Positions 38,734-47,589 of a DNA stretch of 64,000 nucleotides are shown here, piece by piece. Both the position numbers and the translations under genes were made by a program. Within the stretch, counting starts at the first letter, position 1. Every line of letters begins with the position of its first letter. Source of the DNA: Candidatus Omnitrophota bacterium (GTDB taxonomy: Bacteria > Omnitrophota > Gorgyraeia > Tantalellales > Tantalellaceae); NCBI GenBank assembly GCA_043812935.1, contig JBDRLO010000040.1, positions 7,779 to 71,778 of the forward strand, written 5' to 3'. Below the pieces are notes generated by a model that did no database searches, had not been told where the DNA came from, and worked only from the letters and a program-made list of their open reading frames with translations.

Positions 38734-38782
38734 CGTACAACGTGTTCCGTGTTGCGTGTAGCGTGTTTCGTGTGACGTGTAA
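38734..38782. repeat. heptanucleotide tandem array (CGTGTNN) x7
   Basis: CGTACAA CGTGTTC CGTGTTG CGTGTAG CGTGTTT CGTGTGA CGTGTAA. Confidence 0.85.
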
Positions 38783-38824
38783 CACAATTATATATTGCCT
38801 GTTAATTAGACTTATGCTAAAGTA

Positions 38825-39661
38825 TTGAGCATGATTAAAAGACTTAAAAATGATATAGATACTGAACTTAAAGCTTTTTTAAAAGAAACCGAAGCTGATT
38901 TTGCGCTTAAATCTTCTTCTCGTCTTCTTTACTCCGCAATTACAAATTTCCTTGTCCGTGACGGCAAAAGAATACGTCCTATCTTATTTATTTTAAGTTA
39001 TTTAGGGTACACAAAAAAGCGTACAATACTGCATAAAAACCTGCTTCGCGCTTCCCTTTCATTTGAACTTTTACATGATTTTTTACTTATACACGATGAC
39101 ATCATAGATGAATCTGATTTAAGACGAGGCAAACCCTCCATGCATAACCTTCTTAACCGTAGTTTAAACATCTCCCCTAAACATAAATTGGGCGCTAATT
39201 TAGGCATTGTAACCGGAGACATTTTATTTGCCTTAGCTACAAAAGCGCTGCTGTCGTTTAACGAAAAACCTCTGCGGAAAGAAAATGCCCTTAAAATGTT
39301 TACAGACATAACAACATATACCGGAATAGGAGAATTCATTGATGTCCTAAACAATATATCCAACATTGATAAAATTTCTAAAAAAGATATTAACCTTACA
39401 TACTCTCTTAAAACATCAAAATATACCTTTGAAGGCCCCCTGGTAATTGGAGGAATATTATCCGGCGCTCAAAAAAAAGAAATCAATAACCTTTCAAAAC
39501 TGGGATGCATTCTAGGACAGGCTTTTCAGATACAAGATGATCTTCTTGATATATTCGGCGCAGTTAAAAAAACCGGTAAACCTGTTTTTTCGGATATTGC
39601 CGAATCAAAAAAAACTCTTTTAATTTGGCAGACATATAAAAGAGCCCTGAAAAAAGGATAA
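38825..39661 (+). CDS. polyprenyl diphosphate synthase (short-chain trans-IDS, GGPP/FPP synthase-like), truncated by a frameshift
   Basis: FARM LIHDDIIDESDLRRGKPS and SARM FQIQDDLLD. The stop follows an A6 run (39650-39655). Confidence 0.85.
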   Translation: MSMIKRLKNDIDTELKAFLKETEADFALKSSSRLLYSAITNFLVRDGKRIRPILFILSYLGYTKKRTILHKNLLRASLSFELLHDFLLIHDDIIDESDLRRGKPSMHNLLNRSLNISPKHKLGANLGIVTGDILFALATKALLSFNEKPLRKENALKMFTDITTYTGIGEFIDVLNNISNIDKISKKDINLTYSLKTSKYTFEGPLVIGGILSGAQKKEINNLSKLGCILGQAFQIQDDLLDIFGAVKKTGKPVFSDIAESKKTLLIWQTYKRALKKG

Positions 39662-39896
39662 AGAATTTATTAAAAGAATTCTAAAAAAGAAACACAAAAA
39701 TAAAAACGAATTATTTAAAATACAAAATCTGATAAAAACAACCGGTACAGGAGAATATTATAAACAACAAATACTGACATCGGTTAAAGAATCTATTTCT
39801 GTAATCCAGTCACTTCACATGAAAAATAAACTTAAAAGGGTTCTGGAAAATTTTATAAACAACTCATATTCAGGCATTTTCAGCCTGGATATTTAA
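39654..39896 (+). CDS. C-terminal remainder of the polyprenyl synthase in the +1 frame
   Basis: KKDKEFIKRILKK...KNKLKRVLENFINNSY is open for 80 codons to the TAA at 39894. It is joined in frame if the A6 run is A5. Confidence 0.55.
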   Translation, partial: KDKEFIKRILKKKHKNKNELFKIQNLIKTTGTGEYYKQQILTSVKESISVIQSLHMKNKLKRVLENFINNSYSGIFSLDI

Positions 39897-39915
39897 CCTA
39901 ACAATAATCCTAAAT

Positions 39916-40758
39916 ATGAAAATAAACATAGCTAAAAGTTCCGGTTTTTGTTTCGGGGTAAGACGCGCAATCAATATCAGCAGAAGTGTTGCGGATAAAA
40001 AGAAAAAAGCATACGTCTTAGGCGACATAGTACATAACTCTTTTGTTGTTAATGACTTAAAAAAAGAAGGTATAAAGAAAATAGCTTCTATACGGCACAA
40101 TCCTAATTCCACTCTTATTATAAGAGCTCATGGAGCTCCAAAAAAAGTTTTCCAAAAAGCCCGGTCATCCGGATATAAAATAGTTGATGCCACTTGCCCT
40201 AAGGTAAAGGAAATTTACCTTAGGGCAAAACGTCTTGAAAAAACGAATAAAATCATTATTATCGGCGATAATAACCACGCGGAAGTTAAAGGTATTGCCG
40301 GACAGCTTAAAACAAGACCAATAACAATTGACTCAGTAAAAAGTATCGCTAAAAAAAAACTGTCACGGATAAAAAAAGCTGCCGTAATTACACAATCAAC
40401 TCAAACAATAGACAACATAAACGAAATAATGACACGTCTGGAACAAATAATACCAAAAATTAAACTTTATGATACTACTTGCCGCACAACGCGGATAAAA
40501 CAAAAAGAAATAAAAATTTTGCCGAAAAAAAATGATATTATGCTTATTATCGGATCAAAAACCAGCGCCAACACCAAAAGGTTATATCAGATATCAAAAA
40601 GTTTAAATAAACAGACTCATTGGATAGAATCTGCGGGGGACTTAAATGTTAAGTGGTTTAAAAATGCCGGGAACACAGGCATTATGGCAGGGGCATCAAC
40701 ACCTGATTATATAACTAATAAAGTTGTGGAAAGGATTAACCGGCTGGCTAAAAAATAA
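39916..40758 (+). CDS. ispH: 4-hydroxy-3-methylbut-2-enyl diphosphate reductase
   Basis: SGFCFGVRRAI, ATCPKV and ITQSTQ motifs. Confidence 0.92.
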   Translation: MKINIAKSSGFCFGVRRAINISRSVADKKKKAYVLGDIVHNSFVVNDLKKEGIKKIASIRHNPNSTLIIRAHGAPKKVFQKARSSGYKIVDATCPKVKEIYLRAKRLEKTNKIIIIGDNNHAEVKGIAGQLKTRPITIDSVKSIAKKKLSRIKKAAVITQSTQTIDNINEIMTRLEQIIPKIKLYDTTCRTTRIKQKEIKILPKKNDIMLIIGSKTSANTKRLYQISKSLNKQTHWIESAGDLNVKWFKNAGNTGIMAGASTPDYITNKVVERINRLAKK

Positions 40759-40792
40759 ATCAGCGGAATAAAAGTCAACCGGTTCGGGAATA

Positions 40793-41350
40793 ATGTATCT
40801 TATTATCGATAATTACGATTCATTCACTTATAATTTGTATCAATATTTTGCGGAACAAAATATTCAGGTCTTGATAAAACGAAATGACAAGATTTCCTTA
40901 TCCGAAGTTGAAGCATTGAACCCGGCAAAGATCATTATATCTCCGGGTCCCAAAACCCCGGAAAACGCGGGAATATCTTTGAGTATTATAAAAAAATTCG
41001 GGCCAAAAATCCCTATATTAGGAATTTGTTTAGGCCATCAATGTATTGCAAAGGCTTTTGGCGGCAAAATTAAGCGCGTAAATAAAGTAGTTCATGGGAA
41101 AACTTCTTTAATACATCATAACGGGGCCGGGGTTTTTAAGGATGTGCCTCTTCCCTTCATGGGAGCTAGATACCATTCATTGGAAAGCTTTAATCTCCCG
41201 CAATGTTTAGAAATAACAGCCGCAACTGAAGACAACATTATAATGGGCATAAAACATAAAACCTATCCCCTAACCGGACTACAGTTTCATCCCGAATCGT
41301 TTCTTACAGCACATGGCAAAAAAATGATAAAAAATTTTATAGAGTTTTGA
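40793..41350 (+). CDS. pabA: aminodeoxychorismate/anthranilate synthase component II (glutamine amidotransferase)
   Basis: ILGICLGHQ catalytic Cys and LQFHPES. The stop is 1 nt before the component I start. Confidence 0.88.
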   Translation: MYLIIDNYDSFTYNLYQYFAEQNIQVLIKRNDKISLSEVEALNPAKIIISPGPKTPENAGISLSIIKKFGPKIPILGICLGHQCIAKAFGGKIKRVNKVVHGKTSLIHHNGAGVFKDVPLPFMGARYHSLESFNLPQCLEITAATEDNIIMGIKHKTYPLTGLQFHPESFLTAHGKKMIKNFIEF

Positions 41351-41351
41351 A

Positions 41352-42659
41352 ATGAAAAATTACCTTCCAAAAATAAATAGAGTTCCTATTATTGAAAAAA
41401 TCAAATTTTCATATCCAATAGAACATTTATATAAACAATTCTCTCAAAGTTTAAACACGGCTTTTCTGCATAGTTCTTTAAAAAGCGATTCGGGCAGGTA
41501 TTCCTTTATCGGCATAGCCCCTTTCATTATATTAACTGCAAAAAATTCCATATCTAATTTAAAAATTAAAAACCATAAAATAACTTTAAAGCGTCCTGTT
41601 TTTGACTGCTTAAAATCTATCTTAGACTCGTACCAAATTTCATGTCCTGAAAACATTCCTTTGGCGGGCGGCGGAATAGGATATTTTTCTTATGACCTGA
41701 AAAACTCTATTGAAAATTTTCAAAAAAAAGCAAAAAATGATTTAAACCTGCCTGAAATGTATTTCGTTTTTTACCAAGCTCTTATTATCCAGGATAACCT
41801 TGCGCCTGAAGAATTATATATAAGCGTACTAGACCCGCAATCACACAATCTTTCATCCGCTACTCATTTGATGAAAACCATAAAAAATACTATCAGTTCC
41901 TACCGTCCGAACTCATTGCCTGATCAACAAATCGTAAAAGCGGGTTCAAAATTTATATTGAAATCAAATTTTTCAAAAAAAAACTACATCCGTATTCTGG
42001 AAAAGGCAATTAACTATATCTATGCCGGAGACATCTACCAGGTATGCCTTTCGCAAAGGTTTCAAACAAAATCACCATTAACTCCGTTTAGATTATATCA
42101 GAAATTAAATAAAATAAACCCGGCACCTTTCAGCGCGTTTTTGAATTTTGCGCCATGCAAAATTATCTCATCATCCCCTGAACTTTTTCTCAAAGTTAAT
42201 AAGGACACACTTGAAACAAGACCGATGAAAGGAACCCGGCCGCGCGGTAAAAATAAAAATGAAGATAAATTCTATAAGACTGACCTGCAAATGAACGATA
42301 AAGAAACCGCGGAACTATCCATGATTGTGGATTTATTAAGAAATGATATCGGAAAAATCAGTGTCCCAGGATCAGTTGAGGTCACTGAACACAGAAGAAT
42401 TGAAACTTATCCAACGGTTTTTCAGACAATATCCATCATCAGGGGAAAAATTGCTCAAGAAATCAGCTTAATCGACGCCATAAAAGCCGCTTTTCCCGGA
42501 GGGTCTATTTCCGGCTGCCCTAAAATTCGAGCTATGGAAATCATCGAAGAACTGGAACCAATAGCGCGCGGCATTTATACCGGTGCCATAGGCTACATAA
42601 GTTTTCATAACACTATGACTCTTAATATGGCGATACGAACAATGATAATGAAAAAATGA
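41352..42659 (+). CDS. pabB: aminodeoxychorismate (or anthranilate) synthase component I, truncated by a frameshift
   Basis: SSPELFL, TRPMKGT and [20 protein letters not shown] motifs. The stop follows an A6 run (42651-42656). Confidence 0.85.
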   Translation: MKNYLPKINRVPIIEKIKFSYPIEHLYKQFSQSLNTAFLHSSLKSDSGRYSFIGIAPFIILTAKNSISNLKIKNHKITLKRPVFDCLKSILDSYQISCPENIPLAGGGIGYFSYDLKNSIENFQKKAKNDLNLPEMYFVFYQALIIQDNLAPEELYISVLDPQSHNLSSATHLMKTIKNTISSYRPNSLPDQQIVKAGSKFILKSNFSKKNYIRILEKAINYIYAGDIYQVCLSQRFQTKSPLTPFRLYQKLNKINPAPFSAFLNFAPCKIISSSPELFLKVNKDTLETRPMKGTRPRGKNKNEDKFYKTDLQMNDKETAELSMIVDLLRNDIGKISVPGSVEVTEHRRIETYPTVFQTISIIRGKIAQEISLIDAIKAAFPGGSISGCPKIRAMEIIEELEPIARGIYTGAIGYISFHNTMTLNMAIRTMIMKK

Positions 42660-42768
42660 AAACGTTTATTTTCATTCGGGCGGCGGCATTACAGCAGATT
42701 CTGATCCCGAAAAAGAATACGAAGAAACCATTATTAAAGCCCGCGCTTTGGTCAAAAGTTTACAATAA
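42655..42768 (+). CDS. C-terminal remainder of component I in the +1 frame
   Basis: [37 protein letters not shown] is the conserved chorismate-binding C-terminus. Confidence 0.6.
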   Translation, partial: NENVYFHSGGGITADSDPEKEYEETIIKARALVKSLQ

Positions 42769-42812
42769 ATAACCATTTCTGCGCTTGCTAGATATTCACG
42801 TCTATTTGTAAC

Positions 42813-42882
42813 GGACAGGCACAAGGACCTGTTCCTACATATTTATTTTTAGGTCCCGGACAGGGACAAGCCCTGTCCCTAC
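42813..42882 (-). repeat. two adjacent REP-like palindromes
   Basis: GGACAGGcacaaggaCCTGTTCCTAC (42813-42838) and GGACAGGGacaaGCCCTGTCCCTAC (42858-42882). The GTAGGG head is on the minus strand. Confidence 0.8.
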
Positions 42883-42929
42883 GTTATTTTCATCAATTTT
42901 TAAAAATATATTCTCTCGATCTTTGAAAG

Positions 42930-43394
42930 TTACTTTAACTGCAAATGTTCATTAATCACTTTCCTCAGTTCATCAACTGAAGAAAGTTTTATTACTCCGG
43001 GAATATCCCACGAAGAAAATCCATAAACTGTTTTTTTTGAAACAAGCGCGAATCCAATTTCCGAAAGAGTTCCATATTCGCCGGGTAAAGCAATTACAAT
43101 GTCTCCCGCTGAAGCTACCAGAACATTTCTGGAATATCCCATACCGGTTGGGACAACAATATCAATAAAATCATTTGCAGATTCTTTATCCTCCCCCGGA
43201 ATTATTCCAAGTGTGGTTCCACCGGCGTGTTTAGCCCCTTTTGCCGCAGATTCCATTACTCCGCCTAATCCCCCGCATACCAAAACCGCTCCTGACTCAC
43301 CTACAACACGTCCAATTTCTTCAGCCAACGCTGAAACCGATTCATCTTTTTTATGCCCGCCTATTACTGATACTAAAAACTTTTTATTTTTCAT
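42930..43394 (-). CDS. TIGR00725-like LOG/DprA-type Rossmann protein
   Basis: VLVCGGLGGVMESAAKGA and ALPGEYGTLSEI motifs. Start at the ATG with GAGGAG. Confidence 0.7.
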   Translation of the reverse strand: MKNKKFLVSVIGGHKKDESVSALAEEIGRVVGESGAVLVCGGLGGVMESAAKGAKHAGGTTLGIIPGEDKESANDFIDIVVPTGMGYSRNVLVASAGDIVIALPGEYGTLSEIGFALVSKKTVYGFSSWDIPGVIKLSSVDELRKVINEHLQLK

Positions 43395-43420
43395 CTTACT
43401 CCTCAGCATTCCACACTATT

Positions 43421-43535
43421 ATATTGATTTGGCATATCACACCATTTTTTCGATAATCTTACCAATTATTGATGATTTTGTATTTTTTATCTGTTCTCAC
43501 AACACTACTCGAAATCACCAGTCCATATTTTACTT
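43421..43535 (-). pseudogene. second, more decayed relic of the RAYT-like gene
   Basis: About 80 percent identical by eye to 45236-45310 (CACTATTATATTGATTTGGCATATCACACCATT...CCAATTATTGATGATTTTGTA). It translates in broken frames to SIIGKIIEK / WCDMPNQYNSVE. Confidence 0.5.
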
Positions 43536-43547
43536 CAATGATCCTCT

Positions 43548-43571
43548 GTAGGGGCAAGGCATGCCTTGCCC
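43548..43571 (+). repeat. REP-like palindrome
   Basis: GTAGGGGCAAGGCATGCCTTGCCC. Confidence 0.8.
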
Positions 43572-43588
43572 TTCTAAATACGTCATAG

Positions 43589-44716
43589 TTAAATTAATTT
43601 ACTGATAATATTTTTTACTGTTTTCGCAATTGCAGGCGACGCGGTTAATCCGGGAGACTCTATGCCAATAAGATTAACAAACCCTTCAAATCCAAGAGAT
43701 GCTTCATGTTTAATAACAAAATCACGAAACCCTTCACCCTTTTTCTGCAGTTTCGGCCTTATCCCGGAAGTATCAACTGAAAGGTCATCTTTTTCAAGAA
43801 ACGGTAAAAAAGTTTTAGTGTCCGCATAAAACAAATTACTTTTATCGGGATTAATAGCGTAATCCATATTTCTATTGTTTACATATTCCGCGTCCGGGCC
43901 AAGCCTCACTCCACCGGTTAAATCCGGGGTAACATGTATCCCCAAAAATGTGTCATCAGCATTAGCTACCGGATATATTAATCGTTTAACCATTAAATTT
44001 TTTCTGTTTCCAACACGAAAATAGTCTCCTTTACAATAAGACAATTTATAATCCTTATTTTTGATTCCAATCATCTCGGAAATAACGTCCGCCTCTAATC
44101 CGGCACAATTAATCACTATCCTGGACAAAAACGCCATTTCTTCGTTTGTATTGGACATAATTGTTACTTTATATCCATCCGGAACTTTTTCTATACTTTT
44201 AATTTCAGAATCATAAACTATATCAGCCCCGTTTGATTTGGCTTTTAACAAGAAATACTCCATTAAAGAATGGGAATCAATTATCCCGGTCATAGGAAGA
44301 TATATAGCCCGGCACGCTCTTATATTGGGCTCTAATTCTGCTATTTCTTTTTTATCCAACATTTTTAACCCCTGCAGGCCGTTTTCCATTCCCTGCCTGA
44401 ACAATTTTTCCAGGCCTTCAAGATCTGAATTATCGCGCGCTATAATCATTTTTCCTATTTTTCTATGCGGAATCTTTCCCTGCCGACAAATATCGTACAG
44501 TAATTCATTGCCTTCTACACACGTTTTTCTTTTAAAAGAATCTTTCGGATAATAAATTCCGGAATGAATAACTTCACTATTGCGGGAACTGGTTTCCTGT
44601 CCAAACGAAAAATGTTTTTCAAAAATGAAAATATCTTTATCTTTTTCAGCAATGCTAGCAGCAACCGCTAACCCAACAACACCACCGCCTATAATCGCGA
44701 CATCTATTTTATCCAT
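43589..44716 (-). CDS. FAD-dependent oxidoreductase (DAO family, L-2-hydroxyglutarate/glycerol-3-P oxidase-like)
   Basis: DVAIIGGGVVGLAVA dinucleotide fold; 375 aa. Confidence 0.75.
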   Translation of the reverse strand: MDKIDVAIIGGGVVGLAVAASIAEKDKDIFIFEKHFSFGQETSSRNSEVIHSGIYYPKDSFKRKTCVEGNELLYDICRQGKIPHRKIGKMIIARDNSDLEGLEKLFRQGMENGLQGLKMLDKKEIAELEPNIRACRAIYLPMTGIIDSHSLMEYFLLKAKSNGADIVYDSEIKSIEKVPDGYKVTIMSNTNEEMAFLSRIVINCAGLEADVISEMIGIKNKDYKLSYCKGDYFRVGNRKNLMVKRLIYPVANADDTFLGIHVTPDLTGGVRLGPDAEYVNNRNMDYAINPDKSNLFYADTKTFLPFLEKDDLSVDTSGIRPKLQKKGEGFRDFVIKHEASLGFEGFVNLIGIESPGLTASPAIAKTVKNIISKLI

Positions 44717-44754
44717 TTTACTCCTATTTGACCGGCAAACATAATCTGTTTATT

Positions 44755-45159
44755 TTATGTAGTTAAATATGTAATACACATTGGAGACGCATCATCGCTA
44801 ACCGTAAAACCACATTTTGTATAAAATCCAATTTCTTTATTATAGGCAATCACGACTTTTCTAGCGTAGCTTTCATAATTCACTAATATCTTTTCTACAA
44901 GTTTTTTTCCAATACCTTTTGACTGATAATCAGGGTTCACTAATAAATAATGAAAATAAGCAGTCATGCTGCCATCAGATAACGCGTTAATTAAACCAAC
45001 TAACTTATCCCCGTCCCATGCAGACACAACACAATCCGAATTTTTCATCGCTAAAACCAGTTTATCCGGATATTTCCCCGAAGACCATTCGACCGAAAGA
45101 AAAAGATCTTCAAGTTCTTTTTTTTCAAATTCCTTAGTCATTTTATACTCTATCCCCAT
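44755..45159 (-). CDS. GNAT-family N-acetyltransferase
   Basis: YQSKGIGKKLVE acetyl-CoA motif A. Confidence 0.82.
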   Translation of the reverse strand: MGIEYKMTKEFEKKELEDLFLSVEWSSGKYPDKLVLAMKNSDCVVSAWDGDKLVGLINALSDGSMTAYFHYLLVNPDYQSKGIGKKLVEKILVNYESYARKVVIAYNKEIGFYTKCGFTVSDDASPMCITYLTT

Positions 45160-45468
45160 TTATTCCCCCTTCAATTTATGCATAAATACAATACCATGCA
45201 CCTGGTTAGGCATGACAATATATTTATCCAATTCGACATTATTATATTGTGTTGGTATATTACACCATTGTTTATCAATAATTTGACCAATTATTGATAA
45301 TTGTACATCATTACGGGAGGACGCCCCTCGGGTATACTCAGGATTTCCTTCGGTCTCAAAGCCCTCCCCTACGTTATTTTTATATTCACCGAATATATTT
45401 TGTCTGTTTTCTGAACACACGATTACAAAATAATAACCGTTTAACGAATAATCGTAATTTTTTAATCA
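45160..45468 (-). pseudogene. relic of a REP-associated tyrosine transposase (RAYT; IS200/IS605-like Y1 HUH family), truncated at both ends
   Basis: In-frame peptide LKNYDYSLNGYYFVIVCSENRQNIFGEY...LSIIGQIIDKQWCNIPTQYNNVELDKYIVMPNQVHGIVF matches the RLKxYDYS..YFxTxCT..R..FG...W..IP......LDxFVVMPNHxHGIV pattern. A stop lies just upstream of LKNYDYS, the HUH motif is degraded to QVH, and the catalytic-Tyr C-terminal half is absent. Confidence 0.7.
45315..45372 (-). repeat. long-loop REP-like element lying inside the RAYT relic
   Basis: GGGAGGacgcccctcgggtatactcaggatttccttcggtctcaaagCCCTCCCCTAC. It encodes the extra GEGFETEGNPEYTRGASSRND segment. Confidence 0.7.
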
Positions 45469-45520
45469 GATATGTTTTCTTATTATTAATTTTTCCATAT
45501 AATTGCATGCACTTGAACTC

Positions 45521-45550
45521 TTGAAATTACCAGTCCCCTTATTATATAAT
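45521..45550 (+). promoter_or_regulatory. candidate promoter giving a leaderless GT2 mRNA
   Basis: TTGAAA (45521-45526), 18-nt spacer, TATAAT (45545-45550), 6 nt before the ATG at 45557. No Shine-Dalgarno sequence. Confidence 0.4.
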
Positions 45551-45556
45551 AAAGTT

Positions 45557-46402
45557 ATGAACAAACAAATACTCTTTTCAGTAATAATCCCGGCTTTTAA
45601 CAGAAAAAATTTCCTCAAAAAAGCTGTAACTTCTGTATTAAACCAAAGTTATGTCAACCTGGAACTTATTGTCGTTGACGATGGTTCTTCTGACGGCACA
45701 GATTTATTTATTAATTCCATTAAAGACAATAGATTGTTGTTTCTGAAACAATCCAACCATGGCGTATCTCACGCGCGAAATACCGCTATACGCATGGCAA
45801 AAGGAGACTTTTTTGCTTTTCTGGATTCTGATGATTATTGGATTGAAAAAAAATTAGAAGAAACAGTTAAATATATTGAGAATTTTCCTGAAATATCAAT
45901 TTTTCACACAGAAGAAGTCTGGTATAGAAACGGTAAGCTTTTAAATCAAAAGAAAAAACACAAAAAACCTACAGGTTTTGTTTACAACAACTCACTGCCT
46001 CTTTGCTGTATAAGCATTTCAACGGCAGTAGTAAAAAAACAAGTTTTCGAAAATGTAGGAATATTTGATGAACAGTTACAAGCATGCGAAGATTACGATT
46101 TCTGGCTTCGGGCAACAAACAAATATGAAGTAAAACTTATTCCTGAATATTGCACAATAAAAGACGGAGGACGGCCGGACCAGCTTTCCTCAAGCATATG
46201 GGGGCTTGACCGGTTTCGGATACAATCTTTAGAAAAAATGCTTTTATCCGGAAATTTAAATTCTGAAAATTATAACGCCACATTAAAAGAATTCCAAAAA
46301 AAATGCCGGATTTTCGCTCTTGGCGCAAAAAAAAGGGGAAAAGCCGCGGAAAGTGATTCCTATAACAAACTCGCGTCCAAATACTTAATAAAGAATTGTT
46401 AA
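45557..46402 (+). CDS. family 2 glycosyltransferase
   Basis: FSVIIPAFNR, VVDDGSSDGT and LDSDD motifs. The ORF is open from 45503; the start was chosen at MNKQILF. Confidence 0.85.
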   Translation: MNKQILFSVIIPAFNRKNFLKKAVTSVLNQSYVNLELIVVDDGSSDGTDLFINSIKDNRLLFLKQSNHGVSHARNTAIRMAKGDFFAFLDSDDYWIEKKLEETVKYIENFPEISIFHTEEVWYRNGKLLNQKKKHKKPTGFVYNNSLPLCCISISTAVVKKQVFENVGIFDEQLQACEDYDFWLRATNKYEVKLIPEYCTIKDGGRPDQLSSSIWGLDRFRIQSLEKMLLSGNLNSENYNATLKEFQKKCRIFALGAKKRGKAAESDSYNKLASKYLIKNC

Positions 46403-47475
46403 TTATTAGAAATTTTTAATGCTTCAGAACCGGCATTCCAGTCTAATGTACTGATAGGAAACGGTATAACAATACCTTCCTCTTTATACCGTTTATGTAA
46501 GCGTTTAATAAACTCATGTTTTATTAAATAATTGTCGACAAATTCTTTCGCGCGCAGAATAACCGTAAAATCAATACTAAAATCGTTAAATGTATGATAC
46601 CGGATAAAAGGGGTAAAATCAGCAACGCCTCCTTGTACGGTTTTAAGAACATTTTTTGCTACTTCAATTGTAACTTTTTCGACATGTTCAAGATCTGAAT
46701 CATAATGAACACCAACCTGCACTAAAACTGCCAATTCTGTCTGCGGATAATAGTAATTCAGCACTCGCGAATTAACTAAAAGTTTATTTGGCAAAACAAC
46801 AACATTATTGGGAAGCATTCTTACCCATGTTGACCGCCATCCTATCTTTTCCACATAACCTTCTTCTCCAGACTCAAGTTTAATAAATTGGCCTACGCTA
46901 ACAGGTTTATCTACAACTATCTGAATACCTGAAAAAAAGTTTTCCAATGTAGGTTGAAGCGCAAGCGCGACTGCCAAAGAACCTATACCTAACGATGCAA
47001 GTATCGGCGTTATTGAAATACCGAAATTATCCAAAAGAATCAATACCCCAAGGCCCATTACAATCGCACGGACAACAACATGAATAACTCCGCTTGAACC
47101 GCGTAAAACCGGGAATCTCTCCGAATATGAATTGATAATCCCCCTAAAAAGACGGTCCGCAAACATTATTACAGCGATTATTGCCGTAACTTTAAAAGCA
47201 ATATCAATAAACTTCAGAAGATCACTGTCTGTCCCGAATTGAAATACATTGTCCAAGACAAAGGCACCGCTCACAAAAATCAAAAGTATAAGCGGGAAAT
47301 CCAATGCTTCAACAAAAATATCATCAATTTTTGTTTTGGTTTTTGAGGCAAGATTATGTATTTTGCGAAAGAATACTTTTTTTAATATCACAAAACATGT
47401 TACCCACAAAAAATACAATATCGGGATATAAATCGCCGGCGTAATAGCTATTCCAAAAATCTCTATCTCTTTCAT
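46399..47475 (-). CDS. MscS-family mechanosensitive channel
   Basis: TM3 region GIGSLAVALALQPTLENFFSGI followed by the beta-domain VGQFIKL..GYVEKIGWRST. Confidence 0.88.
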   Translation of the reverse strand: MKEIEIFGIAITPAIYIPILYFLWVTCFVILKKVFFRKIHNLASKTKTKIDDIFVEALDFPLILLIFVSGAFVLDNVFQFGTDSDLLKFIDIAFKVTAIIAVIMFADRLFRGIINSYSERFPVLRGSSGVIHVVVRAIVMGLGVLILLDNFGISITPILASLGIGSLAVALALQPTLENFFSGIQIVVDKPVSVGQFIKLESGEEGYVEKIGWRSTWVRMLPNNVVVLPNKLLVNSRVLNYYYPQTELAVLVQVGVHYDSDLEHVEKVTIEVAKNVLKTVQGGVADFTPFIRYHTFNDFSIDFTVILRAKEFVDNYLIKHEFIKRLHKRYKEEGIVIPFPISTLDWNAGSEALKISNN

Positions 47476-47523
47476 GAAAACTTTTTCTCCAAATAATACA
47501 ATTCCAATATTTTATAACACAAA

Positions 47524-47589
47524 AGCGGGACAGGCATGCCTGTCCCCTACATCAATTAACCGACTAACCGGCTAACTGGCTAACCAAAA
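47524..47589 (-). repeat. composite post-stop element: 8-nt array plus REP palindrome acting as the fba terminator
   Basis: Minus strand after the stop: TTTTGGTTAG CCAGTTAG CCGGTTAG TCGGTTAA TTGATGTAGGGGACAGGCATGCCTGTCCCGCTTTTGTG. Confidence 0.8.

Noticed and set aside
703-43394. Thoeris-like pairing of the SIR2 gene with the TIGR00725 (LOG/SLOG-like) gene
   Set aside because: The two genes are 41 kb apart, in unrelated operon contexts. No TIR (ThsB) gene was seen.
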